Below, one piece after another: positions 39,228-49,798 of a DNA stretch of 64,000 nt. How positions within the stretch are numbered: position 1 is the stretch's first letter; each line of letters opens with the position of its first letter. The notes under the pieces were generated by a model, which saw only the letters and a list, made by a program, of their open reading frames with translations, was not told the DNA's origin and made no database searches. A program made the translations under genes and the position numbers. This DNA comes from Pseudomonadota bacterium (GTDB lineage Bacteria; Pseudomonadota; Gammaproteobacteria; Pseudomonadales; Moraxellaceae): contig JAJXWR010000003.1 in NCBI GenBank assembly GCA_021781515.1, positions 3,370-67,369 on the forward strand, given 5' to 3'.

Positions 39228-39361
39228 TTAGCGGCCAGTTTCACGACTGTCTTTTTTCAGCCAATCCTTTACAATACCCCGTTGCTGTAGCGAAAATAAC
39301 GCTCACTCAGCCGTCTCCGTCTGGGCTTTTCTCTGGAACTTTCTGGAATCTTGCATCCATC

Positions 39362-42061
39362 ATGTCAAACCTGTTTGCTGCTGCGGATCTTTCTGCCCAT
39401 ACCCCGATGATGCAACAATACCTGCGCATCAAATGCGAACACCCGCAGTCTCTGGTTTTTTATCGGATGGGCGATTTTTACGAACTTTTTTTTGCCGATG
39501 CTGAAAAAGCCTCGCGTATACTCGATATCACCCTGACCAGCCGTGGTAAAAGTGCCGGGTTGACTATTCCCATGGCGGGCGTTCCGTTTCATGCGGCCGA
39601 GTCTTACCTGTCCCGCCTGCTCAACGCCGGAGAATCCGTAGTCATCTGCGAGCAGACTGGCGATCCGGCCGCTGGCAAGGGGCCGATGGAACGTAAAGTC
39701 GTGCGGATCATGACCCCGGGTACAGTCAGTGATGAATTTCTGCTGGACGAACGCCGTGATAATTACCTGGCAGCTATTTATCTGCAACCACAGCGTCCCC
39801 CTAAGCAAACAGCCCACCCCTTGCCCGATACTACCGTCCCTTGCGGTTTAGCCTGGCTCGATATTATTAGCGGCCAACTCATGGTCGCTGAATATGCGGA
39901 CCTGCCCGATCTGCTCACTGAAATGGGGCGATTGCAGCCCAGTGAAACGTTGATCGACGATAATTTATCGAGTGCCCACCCTTTGTTCACCGCAATCCCC
40001 ACGGGCATCCAGCGCCGTCCGGTGTGGGATTTTGATGCCGCCAGCGCACGCCAAACCATTTGCAGCCTGTTCTCTGTGCAGAATCTGGACAGTTTCACCA
40101 ACGATCCACTGCCGTTGGGTCTGCCCGCTTTAGGTGCGCTGCTCAACTATGTCCGGGAAACGCAGCGAGGAAAGTTACCGCATTTACGACCGCCAAAAAT
40201 ACTGCAGAACACCGACCATGTCGTGCTGGACCCGGCCACCCGCCGCAATCTTGAAATCAGTCTGACGCTGGATGGGCAGACGGAACCGACCCTGGCCTGG
40301 GTGCTGGATAAAACCGCTACCGCCATGGGTTCCCGTCTGCTGCGCCGCTGGCTGCATCAACCGCTACGCCAGTTAAAGCCGCTTCTGGAACGTCAGGAAG
40401 CCGTCAAGTCACTGCAATATCAGCTGCACCATTCGGCCCTTGCAGCGCTACTGCAACAGGTGGCGGATCTGGAGCGTATCAGTGGTCGTATCGCCTTGCG
40501 CAGCGCTACTCCGCGGGATCTGGAGCGTTTGCGTCAGACACTCAACGTCCTGCCTGAACTGCACCCACTGACACAGCAACTGCCGGGCCCTCGCTGGAAT
40601 GAACTCTGTCGGCACCTGCAACCACAACCACAATTACTGGCAACGCTGCAACGGGCGCTCGTCCCTGACCCCCCCTTGAATCTGCGCGAAGGCGGTGTCA
40701 TTGCCGAGGGTTTTGATGCAGAACTGGATGGCTTACGTGCACTGGAAACCGATGCCGGCACCTTTTTACAGGACATTGAAGAACGGGAACGGCAACTCAG
40801 TGGACTGCCCCACCTAAAAGTCGGCTATAATCGGGTCAGTGGTTATTTTATTGAATTGTCCCGGGCACAGGCAGCACTGGCTCCGGCGCATTTTATTCGT
40901 CGGCAAACCTTGAAAAATGCCGAACGTTTCATTACCCCGGAACTCAAAGCTTTTGAAGACCGGGCGTTATCCGCCAGTTCCCGGGCACTTGCCCGGGAAA
41001 AAGAACTCTATGAACAACTGCTGAACAGAATCAACCAGGACTTGACGTCGCTGCAAGCCTGTGCTGAAGCCCTGGCTGAATCCGATGTGTTAAGCACCCT
41101 GGCGGCGCATGCCGATACCCCGGGATGGATATTCCCTACCCTGAAAACCGAACCAGGGATACGCATCGTCGAAGGCCGACATCCCGTCGTTGAAGCCGTT
41201 ATCAAAGAAGCATTTATCCCCAATAGCCTTGAACTTCAACCAGAAACCCGGCATTTACTGATCATCACCGGCCCCAACATGGGGGGCAAATCGACATTGA
41301 TGCGGCAGACTGCACTGATCGTGCTGCTGGCACAGATTGGCAGCCCGGTACCCGCTTCAGCCGCAGACATCGGCCTGGTCGACCGGATATTTACCCGCAT
41401 TGGTTCCGCCGACGATCTGGCAGGCGGACGCTCAACCTTCATGGTCGAGATGACTGAAACAGCCACCATTCTTAATAATGCGACACGCAACAGCCTGGTT
41501 TTAATGGACGAAATCGGCCGAGGAACCAGTACTTTTGATGGCCTCAGCCTCGCCTGGTCCAGTGCCTGCTATCTGGCGGAGACCCTGAATGCGCTCACGC
41601 TGTTTGCTACCCATTATTTTGAGTTGACGCATTTAGCCGATCAATTGCCCGGCATTGCCAATATCCACGTCAGTGCCGTTGAACATGGCGAAAAGATTGT
41701 TTTCCTGCATAACGTGCAGGAAGGCCCGGCCAGTCGTAGTTATGGGCTGGCCGTTGCCCAACTGGCAGGAATCCCCAAAGCCGTTATTCAAGCCGCCCGA
41801 ACTAAATTAAACGAACTGGAAAGTCTTGGCCCGAATCTGCCCGGCAACGTCTTGCCCGCACCAACATCGCCCACAGAAAACCCCTTGACTACACCAGAAG
41901 ATCACCCACACGCCGGGGACTACAGCCAGTACACACCGCTGGTGCAGGCACTGACTGCACTAAATCCCGACGAGTTAAGTCCTAAAGCAGCCCTCGAACA
42001 GATTTACCACTTAAAAAAGTGCTTAGCCTCAGTGGATTCCAGCCCCGCTGGCAAATTATAG
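39362..42061 (+). CDS. mutS: DNA mismatch repair protein MutS
   Basis: The start at [24 protein letters not shown] is the canonical MutS N-terminus. Walker A is GPNMGGKST, followed by [12 protein letters not shown] and a C-terminal helix. Confidence 0.97.
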   Translation: MSNLFAAADLSAHTPMMQQYLRIKCEHPQSLVFYRMGDFYELFFADAEKASRILDITLTSRGKSAGLTIPMAGVPFHAAESYLSRLLNAGESVVICEQTGDPAAGKGPMERKVVRIMTPGTVSDEFLLDERRDNYLAAIYLQPQRPPKQTAHPLPDTTVPCGLAWLDIISGQLMVAEYADLPDLLTEMGRLQPSETLIDDNLSSAHPLFTAIPTGIQRRPVWDFDAASARQTICSLFSVQNLDSFTNDPLPLGLPALGALLNYVRETQRGKLPHLRPPKILQNTDHVVLDPATRRNLEISLTLDGQTEPTLAWVLDKTATAMGSRLLRRWLHQPLRQLKPLLERQEAVKSLQYQLHHSALAALLQQVADLERISGRIALRSATPRDLERLRQTLNVLPELHPLTQQLPGPRWNELCRHLQPQPQLLATLQRALVPDPPLNLREGGVIAEGFDAELDGLRALETDAGTFLQDIEERERQLSGLPHLKVGYNRVSGYFIELSRAQAALAPAHFIRRQTLKNAERFITPELKAFEDRALSASSRALAREKELYEQLLNRINQDLTSLQACAEALAESDVLSTLAAHADTPGWIFPTLKTEPGIRIVEGRHPVVEAVIKEAFIPNSLELQPETRHLLIITGPNMGGKSTLMRQTALIVLLAQIGSPVPASAADIGLVDRIFTRIGSADDLAGGRSTFMVEMTETATILNNATRNSLVLMDEIGRGTSTFDGLSLAWSSACYLAETLNALTLFATHYFELTHLADQLPGIANIHVSAVEHGEKIVFLHNVQEGPASRSYGLAVAQLAGIPKAVIQAARTKLNELESLGPNLPGNVLPAPTSPTENPLTTPEDHPHAGDYSQYTPLVQALTALNPDELSPKAALEQIYHLKKCLASVDSSPAGKL

Positions 42062-42157
42062 TCCTGTTCTGGGTTCCCCCCTTGGAGTCAAGAAGGTGCT
42101 GTGCCATAATGCGACACTGTATTTACGAATAACCATGTTTCTCTGGAGCCCACGTCC

Positions 42158-42481
42158 ATGACTTTTGTTGTCACCGAAAACTGCATCAAGTGCAAATATC
42201 AGGATTGCGTCGAAGTGTGTCCTGTGGACTGTTTTTATGAAGGCCCGAATTTCCTGGTCATTCACCCTGACGAATGCATTGACTGCGCACTTTGTGAACC
42301 AGAATGCCCTGCCAATGCCATTTTCTCAGAAGATGAAATCCCTGCGGATCAAAAAGACTTCCTGAAAATCAATGCCGACTTGGCACAAGTCTGGCCCAAC
42401 ATCACGGAAAAAGGCAAACAACCGGCCGATGCTGCTGAATGGGATGGCAAACCGAATAAACGCCCGCTGCTAGAACGTTAA
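42158..42481 (+). CDS. fdxA: 7Fe ferredoxin (3Fe-4S/4Fe-4S), FdxA type
   Basis: [29 protein letters not shown]...[12 protein letters not shown] has the diagnostic Cys spacing. mutS-fdxA adjacency is common in proteobacteria. Confidence 0.92.
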   Translation: MTFVVTENCIKCKYQDCVEVCPVDCFYEGPNFLVIHPDECIDCALCEPECPANAIFSEDEIPADQKDFLKINADLAQVWPNITEKGKQPADAAEWDGKPNKRPLLER

Positions 42482-42500
42482 CACGGAAGCCTGCAACAAC

Positions 42501-43040
42501 TCACGGCGCCGTCTGTTGCAGTGCCGGCAAGGCATACAACGCATAGACAACGTCAGCACGAACCTTCGTACCCTCATCATCACCGACCTGTAAATGCGAA
42601 ATGATACGTGTCTTGTGGTGCCGTTGCAGTTTGTCTCGCAACTGTGCACACCCATAAACATCTGGTAAATGTGCCTCCACGGTAAAATCCGACACCACCG
42701 GATGCTGATAGCGAATCCTGCATTCGGTGGCGGCCACCGCAAACCCCATACCCAGTTCCTGATTCAGCCAGTTGCGCCACAATTCCCACCCCGCAACTTG
42801 CAACAATGCCGACAGACTCCCCGCAAAAGCCGTTCCTTTGTCATTGTGATTGACAGACAACGGGGCTCGCAGAATCACTGAGCGCTCCCCAGCCTCTATC
42901 CACTGAATCTGCATCAGTTGGGTCAGAGGAATCAACCGATACAGTTGCAACAAACGCAATGACACAGATCCCTCAATCAAGGCCACGAACTCCAGAAGCG
43001 TTGTACCTCCGGTAACACCACCACCCGAGGCGTACGGCAA
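42501..43040 (-). CDS. YiiD C-terminal-domain-like thioesterase (hotdog fold)
   Basis: IPLTQLMQIQWIE...ILRAPLSVNHNDKGTAFAGSLSAL resembles the TIGR02447 yiiD_Cterm family. The listed start is TTG and overlaps the upstream gene by 64 nt; the GTG at 42986 is a plausible alternative. Confidence 0.6.
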   Translation of the reverse strand: MPYASGGGVTGGTTLLEFVALIEGSVSLRLLQLYRLIPLTQLMQIQWIEAGERSVILRAPLSVNHNDKGTAFAGSLSALLQVAGWELWRNWLNQELGMGFAVAATECRIRYQHPVVSDFTVEAHLPDVYGCAQLRDKLQRHHKTRIISHLQVGDDEGTKVRADVVYALYALPALQQTAP

Positions 43041-43531
43041 GTGCCTACGTAAATAATGCCGGCAATACGCTCAGAAGCAGCCAGCCCCAATGCGGTGCCT
43101 ACCCCCGGATCAACAGCCATGGCTCCGGTGCGCCAGATAGCAGCAAAGCCATGAGCATGCAGTGCCAGCAAAAAATTCTGCACCGATGCCCCCATACTCA
43201 ATACCTGCTCTGCCTCCGGCACCACTGACTCCAAACGCAATACCTGCACCGCAATAACCAGCATCGGTGCCCGTAATGGCTGAGCACGCAAGCGCTGCAA
43301 CTCTTCTTCACTACGTTCAGGAAACAGGTGCCGTTGTGAAGCACAGAACACCTCCGCCAGACGCTCACGTCCATTGCCCTGCACCACCACATAGCGCCAT
43401 GGCTGCAAAGCACGATGATCCGGTGCCCGTAAAGCCGCCAAAAAGCATTTTTCCAACACATCGATCCCAGGTGCCGGTGCAATCAGCACTGCCTGTGAGG
43501 TACGACTGATCAATCCCAGATAGAGTTCCAT
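42977..43531 (-). CDS. NAD(P)H nitroreductase family protein (YdjA-like)
   Basis: 184 aa with APDHRALQPWRYVVV and GASVQNFLLALHAHGFAAIW, as in the nitroreductase fold. Confidence 0.8.
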   Translation of the reverse strand: MELYLGLISRTSQAVLIAPAPGIDVLEKCFLAALRAPDHRALQPWRYVVVQGNGRERLAEVFCASQRHLFPERSEEELQRLRAQPLRAPMLVIAVQVLRLESVVPEAEQVLSMGASVQNFLLALHAHGFAAIWRTGAMAVDPGVGTALGLAASERIAGIIYVGTCRTPRVVVLPEVQRFWSSWP

Positions 43532-43670
43532 AGTCCCTCAAACGGACACAAAGTGAAATATTTTGTTGCAATGTCATAAATTTTACATACAATTTGCTAC
43601 AGATCAATTGCAAATCCAGTTTTGCGTTGATAATAAAGCGACCCACACAACCGTTCACAGGTGTATTACT

Positions 43671-45080
43671 ATGAACAACAAGTTACTCTCGCCATCATGG
43701 CGTTTGCTTTGTCTCCCGCTGGTCGGCGGCTTTATGGTGCAGACTGCCCACGCTGTGCCCAGTTTTGCTCGTCAAACCGGTCTGGCTTGTGAAGCATGTC
43801 ACTCCATGTACCCTGAATTAACCCCTTTTGGCCGTCAATTCAAGTTGAACGGTTACACCATGACGGGTATAAAGCAGGTGGAGTCCAAGGAAACTGACAG
43901 TTCAGCGGGTATGCGCATGAACCAGATACCACCGTTATCTGTCATGGTTCAGACACAGATTACCAGCGTAAGAGGTGAAAACAGATCGGCGGCCGCTATT
44001 CCCGGTAATCCAAGCGGTTCGTTTACGCAGCCCAATGCAACCCAAGACAACATATCCTTCCCGCGCCAGTTCAGCCTCTTCTATGCTGGGGAAATATCTT
44101 CCCACATGGGAGCCATGTTACAGGTAACTGGAGATAATGGAGGAAGTATATCGCAAGACAACTCGGAAATTCGCTACGCCAGTCAGTTTATGACTGGCGG
44201 AACAGGGATTGCCTACGGAATCACATTGAATAACAACGTTGGCATGGAGGATCTGTGGCAAGATACCCCAACCTGGGGATTCCCATTTATTCACCCCAGT
44301 GGTACTCCTGTAGGGGGCACTGCCGCTGGAAGCGGTTATCTGGCGGCTAATCTCGGGCAAAATGTGGCGGGAATCGGTGCCTACACTATGATCGATAACC
44401 ACTACTACGCTGACTTCACACTTTATCGTACTGACGTGGTGGGCAATAACAAATACAAGGCAGGAACTGACTATGGCACTGCGATGATTGATGGTCTGGC
44501 TCCCTATCTGCGTTTGGCCTACCAGACTGACATTGGTGATGGTAGTCTGGAAGTTGGCGTATGGGGTATGTCTGCTAATCAGTTGCCGTATAACACCAAC
44601 TTCATTATAGGTTCCAATACGTACGCAGCTACGACTAATATTGGTGGTCCGTCAGATCATATCGTTGACAAAGCTATTGACAGTCAATTTGAGTTACCTC
44701 TTGGCAACAATGAGTTGGTAATGCATGGAACCTATGTTCGTGAATCCGACGACGAGAGGTCTTCGTCTCCGGGGAATTATGCCGACCTGAATACGTTGAA
44801 GCTCAGTGGCTCTATGCATTTTAATAACCGCCAATCGTTCTCACTAATGTACACACACAGTTCAGGAACTACTAACTCTGTGTATTTTGGCGACACGACT
44901 ACGCCTCCACAGGATTCGGCATGGATGGTGCAGTATGAGTATTTGCCGTGGGAAAACGTGCAGTTAGGAGCTCAGTACTGGATGTTTACACGGTACAATG
45001 GCCCATCGACGTACAATACTGCGGGAACATCGCCGCATGCCAACGACACAGCCATGCTATATGGTTGGTTTATGTTCTGA
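43671..45080 (+). CDS. Cyc2-like fused monohaem cytochrome c / outer-membrane beta-barrel protein
   Basis: A signal peptide (MNNKLLSPSWRLLCLPLVGGFMVQTAHA) is followed by PSFARQTGLACEACHSMYPELTPFGRQFKLNGY with a single CxxCH (nt 43788-43802). Then come about 400 G/T/N/Y-rich residues ending in YGWFMF, an aromatic C-terminal OMP signal. Confidence 0.65.
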   Translation: MNNKLLSPSWRLLCLPLVGGFMVQTAHAVPSFARQTGLACEACHSMYPELTPFGRQFKLNGYTMTGIKQVESKETDSSAGMRMNQIPPLSVMVQTQITSVRGENRSAAAIPGNPSGSFTQPNATQDNISFPRQFSLFYAGEISSHMGAMLQVTGDNGGSISQDNSEIRYASQFMTGGTGIAYGITLNNNVGMEDLWQDTPTWGFPFIHPSGTPVGGTAAGSGYLAANLGQNVAGIGAYTMIDNHYYADFTLYRTDVVGNNKYKAGTDYGTAMIDGLAPYLRLAYQTDIGDGSLEVGVWGMSANQLPYNTNFIIGSNTYAATTNIGGPSDHIVDKAIDSQFELPLGNNELVMHGTYVRESDDERSSSPGNYADLNTLKLSGSMHFNNRQSFSLMYTHSSGTTNSVYFGDTTTPPQDSAWMVQYEYLPWENVQLGAQYWMFTRYNGPSTYNTAGTSPHANDTAMLYGWFMF

Positions 45081-45114
45081 TCGAATGCATGTTTGATAGT
45101 GTTTATATCCTGGA

Positions 45115-45141
45115 GAAGGGGCTTGATGCCCCTTCTTTTTT
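45115..45141 (+). terminator. Rho-independent terminator after the Cyc2-like gene
   Basis: GAAGGGGC (45115-45122), loop TTGAT, GCCCCTTC (45128-45135), then TTTTTT (45136-45141). Confidence 0.8.
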
Positions 45142-45363
45142 GGTAGCCGTTCAGACTCTATGGGATGAGCGATTAATAAAAGACAAATCAATCCGATAAG
45201 GTTTTTATCAAAGAATGAGGGGAAAATAGCGCAATCGCACTGAATTAATTGGCTATTAATAATTACAAAGATGCGTTAGTATCCTGTTTGAGGTCTTTTA
45301 AACCAGTCTGTTCAACGTAGATGTTTGTCATATCATTCGTCGCAACCTCCGGTTGATTTAAAC

Positions 45364-45792
45364 ATGAGAATTTTTAGTAGCACATCTGTTAGTATTTTCA
45401 ACGTATTATTGTGGAGTATGTTGTCAACTATTGCCCATGCCGACTCAACAACACCCTCTAGAAGTGAATTTGATGCCCTTGAAAAAAGAGTTGAACTTCT
45501 AGAGAAAACCATCAACACCCCGACATCAGCTACAACAGCCAATGCAAACAACAACGACCATGCGCATGGCCATTGGGTAACGGATGCACCTGCCGATCAA
45601 TACAAAAACTGGAGTTCCATTAAAGCCGGCATGAGTTCTAACGATGTTAAGGCACTAATCGGTAGTCCTACGAATATAATAAAGATAAACTGGCAAAACA
45701 TTTGGTTTTACCAGACAAATTCAGGTAATGGTTCAGTCGTATTTGCGAATAATGGAAGTGTAAGCCAGATCCAGATACCTCCACTACACTGA
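45364..45792 (+). CDS. Secreted protein with a coiled-coil segment and a BamE/SmpA_OmlA-like C-terminal domain
   Basis: The signal is MRIFSSTSVSIFNVLLWSMLSTIAHA. SEFDALEKRVELLEKTIN is coiled-coil. SSIKAGMSSNDVKALIGSPTNI...WFYQ resembles the BamE-type fold signature (G.t..qV...lG.P). Confidence 0.5.
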   Translation: MRIFSSTSVSIFNVLLWSMLSTIAHADSTTPSRSEFDALEKRVELLEKTINTPTSATTANANNNDHAHGHWVTDAPADQYKNWSSIKAGMSSNDVKALIGSPTNIIKINWQNIWFYQTNSGNGSVVFANNGSVSQIQIPPLH

Positions 45793-45823
45793 ATAACCTC
45801 AATATTATTTCTGGAGCATACTC

Positions 45824-46363
45824 ATGGGACACCACAATGATACCGCATTTATCCCCTTGTCCATTGCCGTTTTAACCATTTCAGATACCCGCACGACTGA
45901 AACCGACACCTCGGGAGCCTATCTGCATGAAGCGCTACTGCATGCCGGGCACCATGCATTTGGCCGCATGCTGATAAAAGATGATATTTATGCCTTGCGC
46001 GCTCAGGTATCGCAATGGATCGCCCAACCGGATGTTCAGGTCATTCTCTGTACCGGTGGAACGGGATTCAGTGATCGGGATTCTACGCCTGAAGCACTGT
46101 CGCCGCTGTTTGATAAACATATTGATGGTTTTGGGGAACTGTTCCGTCATTACTCGTTGCTGGAAATTGGCACGTCTACGTTACAGTCGCGGGCATTGGC
46201 GGGAGTGGCCAATCGTACCCTGGTGTTCTGTATGCCCGGTTCAACGGGTGCCTGCAAAACCGCCTGGCAGCATATTCTGCGGGAGCAACTGGACAATCGC
46301 ACTCGCCCCTGTAATTTTGTGGCGCTGATCAACGACAGACACTGCCGCACTAATCGTTCCTGA
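45824..46363 (+). CDS. moaB: Molybdenum cofactor biosynthesis protein B
   Basis: Contains [31 protein letters not shown] and [14 protein letters not shown], the MoaB/MogA-fold signatures in the MoaB arrangement. Confidence 0.85.
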   Translation: MGHHNDTAFIPLSIAVLTISDTRTTETDTSGAYLHEALLHAGHHAFGRMLIKDDIYALRAQVSQWIAQPDVQVILCTGGTGFSDRDSTPEALSPLFDKHIDGFGELFRHYSLLEIGTSTLQSRALAGVANRTLVFCMPGSTGACKTAWQHILREQLDNRTRPCNFVALINDRHCRTNRS

Positions 46364-46417
46364 TGTGCGTTCCTGATTTCTCATAGCCCTTAAAACCCCA
46401 GCCCGGTGTTGTAATCG

Positions 46418-48157
46418 CTACTTGATCCTGTTTTTCAGTTCACGCCAGAGTGAACGTCCAACCATGCGTACCTGAGTACTACGGTTAAGGCGTTTCAGAT
46501 TGGTCTTGAGCACCCCTTGGGTAAAATACGTGGGCCGGCTGTAATCAATGGCAATGTCCAGAATGACGGGCACCCCTTCCTGTGCCTTGGCCAAGGCCTG
46601 CGTTAGTGCTTCTGCAATGACCGCATCCGACTCCATTCGCACATAATGTGCCCCTAATGCCTGTGCCAGTGCCTGGCGATTGATCGTGGGTAACCGGGTA
46701 CAGGTGCGCCGACGGTAAGGAGCCTCTTGTGCCTGCGCAATCTGTGCAAGTTCTCCATCGGCAAATACGGCGATGACCACCCCGAGTTGTTCCTGAACAG
46801 CAGTCAACAGTTCCATGCAGGTCATGTTAAACGCACCATCTCCAACAATCGCCACCACCGGTTCCGATTGATGCAGAAGTTTGACGCCGATGGCGGCGGG
46901 TACGGCATAACCCATGCAATTAAAATCCGTGGGCGAGATAAAATGTCTAGCCTTGCGGATAGGTAACAACTCGGCGGTCAAGAAGGTATGATTACCATCA
47001 TCGGCCACGATATAGGTGTCTGCATCGGTCTGGCGGTACAACTCCATAAAAAAACGGCAGGGATTGACCCGTCCTGTATCCGGATGACCCAGCCATGCCT
47101 GTTGCATGAGTGTGCGGCCCTGGCTAATCTGCTGGCGAACATGAAAGGCATCCAGTCTGGGTGGCACTTCCATCTGTTCCAGCTGTTCAAGCAACAGGGG
47201 CAGCACCGCCTGACTGTCCCCATGAATTGTTACGGTTGCCGGAAAGTTCACATGAAACACCTGGGCATTGATGTCCACATGGATCAATAACTTAGGGACG
47301 GGCATCCCGTAACTTCCGGTAGCGATCTCACCAAAGCGGGTTCCTACTGCAAGCAGTACATCACAGTTCTCCATGACCTTGGCCGCAGGCACCGCATGGG
47401 GCCCGAAACTCATACCAACCGACAGTGGATGATCCCCTGGAAAAGCGGATAATCCCTGCAAAGTTGTCGCTACCGGAGCCATCAGCTTTTCAGCAATAGC
47501 CACGGCGGCGTCCCGGGCCGCAACGGCCCCCCACCCCAACAAGATAGCCGGTCGTTTGGCCTTTTTTAACAGTTCTGCCGCCTTGTGTACCCCATGCCGA
47601 TCCAATTTGGAGGAGCCTGAGGCGGTATATACCGGTAAATCCGGCACATCCCCCTCATCCAGTTGAATATTCACCGGCACTTCTATATATACCGGCCCTG
47701 GCTCCCCACTATGGGCCAGGGCATAGGCACGAAACAAGGTCTCAATAATTTCAGCATGCCTGGAAATCTTGTAAGTCGCCTTACAAAAAGAACCAATAAA
47801 GGCATGTCCATCCACTTCATGCAACTGATAGCGATAGCGGGAATCCGAACGGATACCTCCGGAAATCACCAACAAGGGAACACCATCCAGAAAGGCCTCG
47901 CCTATACCGCTGGCGGCGTGGCTTAACCCCGCCGCCGGGACAATCAACAGCGTTCCCGTCTGATCACTGGTGCGTGAAATGGCATCGGCCATAAACGCCC
48001 CCCCGCCTTCATGGGTAACCAACATCGGCGTAATCTGGGTAGATGCCCGCAGTTCATCATACAATTCGGTGTTATGTACCCCGGGAATTCCAAAAGTATA
48101 GCGAATCCCCAACTGTTCCAAGGCATACCGCACCAGCCATGCACCGGACTTTTTCAC
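46418..48157 (-). CDS. Thiamine-diphosphate-dependent enzyme (acetolactate synthase large-subunit-like); substrate unknown
   Basis: 579 aa with GIPGVHNTELYDEL (N-terminal pyrimidine-binding (PYR) domain) and IVGDGAFNMTCMEL (ThDP GDG...N motif). Its GTG start overlaps the upstream stop (GTGA). Confidence 0.85.
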   Translation of the reverse strand: MKKSGAWLVRYALEQLGIRYTFGIPGVHNTELYDELRASTQITPMLVTHEGGGAFMADAISRTSDQTGTLLIVPAAGLSHAASGIGEAFLDGVPLLVISGGIRSDSRYRYQLHEVDGHAFIGSFCKATYKISRHAEIIETLFRAYALAHSGEPGPVYIEVPVNIQLDEGDVPDLPVYTASGSSKLDRHGVHKAAELLKKAKRPAILLGWGAVAARDAAVAIAEKLMAPVATTLQGLSAFPGDHPLSVGMSFGPHAVPAAKVMENCDVLLAVGTRFGEIATGSYGMPVPKLLIHVDINAQVFHVNFPATVTIHGDSQAVLPLLLEQLEQMEVPPRLDAFHVRQQISQGRTLMQQAWLGHPDTGRVNPCRFFMELYRQTDADTYIVADDGNHTFLTAELLPIRKARHFISPTDFNCMGYAVPAAIGVKLLHQSEPVVAIVGDGAFNMTCMELLTAVQEQLGVVIAVFADGELAQIAQAQEAPYRRRTCTRLPTINRQALAQALGAHYVRMESDAVIAEALTQALAKAQEGVPVILDIAIDYSRPTYFTQGVLKTNLKRLNRSTQVRMVGRSLWRELKNRIK

Positions 48158-49758
48158 GTTGCTCTCCCCAGATGCCGGGCCATCTGTAAGGCAGTTAAAT
48201 GACAGCCCGCAATAAAAGTTCCTTCCAGGCTGCGGCGGCCACAGGCCCCCCCTCCGCCAAACCCGGAAAATTCGCCCACTGCGTACAGATGCTCAATCGG
48301 AGCCAGTTCCCGATCCAGTACCCGGGCATGCAGATCGGTCACGATCCCTCCCAGGCTCTTGCGGGTAATCAAGCGCAGCCGCATGGCCACCAGGGGGCCG
48401 TGTCCGGCCTGTCGCAATACTGCCGGTGCACAGGTACGTAACCGTTCCGTACGCCACTGGCGCAACTGGGTGATTTTGCGTAACTGATCATCATTCCAGA
48501 ACACCGGCGCCCGACTAACCTGGTCATCCCACTGTTGCACCGCCTGTTCCACCCAGTCCAACTGCACGGGGACCGCGTCATGGATCTGATTGATATGATT
48601 GACCTGATTCATTTTATCCACCAGTTCCGGCAGCGTCTCCGCCACCACCACATCCGGAGACTGTCGCACCTGAGTGTACAACCATTGATTGCCGAAAAGC
48701 ACATTTTTTGCAAACGCCAAGCGTTTACAGTCCCGGATTTCCGGGTTATGTTCCGCCCCGGAAACAGCCAGTTCCTTGAGCAGAATCCGGCGATTCAGCA
48801 CCTGCCAGGTCCAGGGCACCTCCAATGCCGCCATACGCTGGCACAACGCATGCGTATCAAAACCGGCAACCCAGGGTTCTGGCCCCAGGCGCTGGCCTTG
48901 TGCATTCAGCCATAACGCCGATTTTGGCGGAATCAGACTCAACCCATGCCCCGGAAAATCCGGATGGGGATGCGCAATCCCGGCCGCATAGTTCCACATG
49001 TCCTGTGGATGCGCCGCCGCTGCCCCAGTGGCCGCCAGCTGATCCTGCAACGCCCCGTCACAATAGGGGTGCGAACCGTTGAGTATATCCGTAGGGGCCT
49101 GTGGCCAGCGTCGCTGCACTTGTTCCAGACTACCTGTCCACCCCCCGGCGGCCATGACCAGAATGTGCGTTTCCAGCGTCAGCAAGGAGTCCTGCCAGCG
49201 CACACTCAACTGCCAGCCTCCACCGGTGTGCAAGATTGCCATTACATGCGCCTGCCAGAGACAGCGCAGACGCTGCTGCGCCAGATAAGGCTGTAATTCA
49301 CGCATCAACGCCAGCACCAGACCCTGACCGGTGCCCCACAACACATGGTAACGCGGCAACGAGTTACCCGGCTGGTACAGTCCACGTTCTACCCAGTTGA
49401 CCGCAGGCATAAAGCTCAGTCCGAGCTTTTTGACATCTTCATAAACATCCGCCACGCAACGCTCAACATAATGTTCCGCCCAACGCTTAGACCAATGCTC
49501 AGTCGCCGTAAAGTTGGCAAAGCCTAACCAGTCCTGCAACATCAACTCTGGCGAGTCATGGATATTCCACAGCCGCTGTTCCTGCGTACCATGCAATGCC
49601 ATCCCTCCAAAAGCCAGACGCCCCAAGCCTCCAGCCCGTTCCTCCGGGTGCCGGTCCACCAGTGTGACCTGCCACCCCTGCCGCAGGAGTTCCAGTGCCG
49701 TACGTAATCCGGCAATACCAGCACCTACTATCGTGATCTCGGCACGTTCCCTGTTCAC
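48154..49758 (-). CDS. FAD-binding dehydrogenase (COG3573-like / KstD-fumarate-reductase fold)
   Basis: The N-terminal dinucleotide fold is ITIVGAGIAGLRTALELLRQGWQVTLVD. The C-terminal GEFSGFGGGG is typical of FAD_binding_2 enzymes. Confidence 0.8.
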   Translation of the reverse strand: MNRERAEITIVGAGIAGLRTALELLRQGWQVTLVDRHPEERAGGLGRLAFGGMALHGTQEQRLWNIHDSPELMLQDWLGFANFTATEHWSKRWAEHYVERCVADVYEDVKKLGLSFMPAVNWVERGLYQPGNSLPRYHVLWGTGQGLVLALMRELQPYLAQQRLRCLWQAHVMAILHTGGGWQLSVRWQDSLLTLETHILVMAAGGWTGSLEQVQRRWPQAPTDILNGSHPYCDGALQDQLAATGAAAAHPQDMWNYAAGIAHPHPDFPGHGLSLIPPKSALWLNAQGQRLGPEPWVAGFDTHALCQRMAALEVPWTWQVLNRRILLKELAVSGAEHNPEIRDCKRLAFAKNVLFGNQWLYTQVRQSPDVVVAETLPELVDKMNQVNHINQIHDAVPVQLDWVEQAVQQWDDQVSRAPVFWNDDQLRKITQLRQWRTERLRTCAPAVLRQAGHGPLVAMRLRLITRKSLGGIVTDLHARVLDRELAPIEHLYAVGEFSGFGGGGACGRRSLEGTFIAGCHLTALQMARHLGRAT

Positions 49759-49798
49759 TTGCGTTTCTCCTCATAGCAACCCTGCAAAAACTGGATTT

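Noticed and set aside
39218-39361. N-terminal extension of mutS in the ORF track (947 aa)
   Set aside because: The canonical MutS N-terminus (MSNLF...HTPMMQQYL) starts at 39362. The extension has no MutS similarity and covers the divergent promoter and Pho-box-like region.
42977-43040. 64-nt same-strand overlap between the nitroreductase and YiiD_C-like genes
   Set aside because: This is probably an artefact of the TTG start chosen by the ORF track. A GTG at 42986 reduces the overlap to 10 nt.
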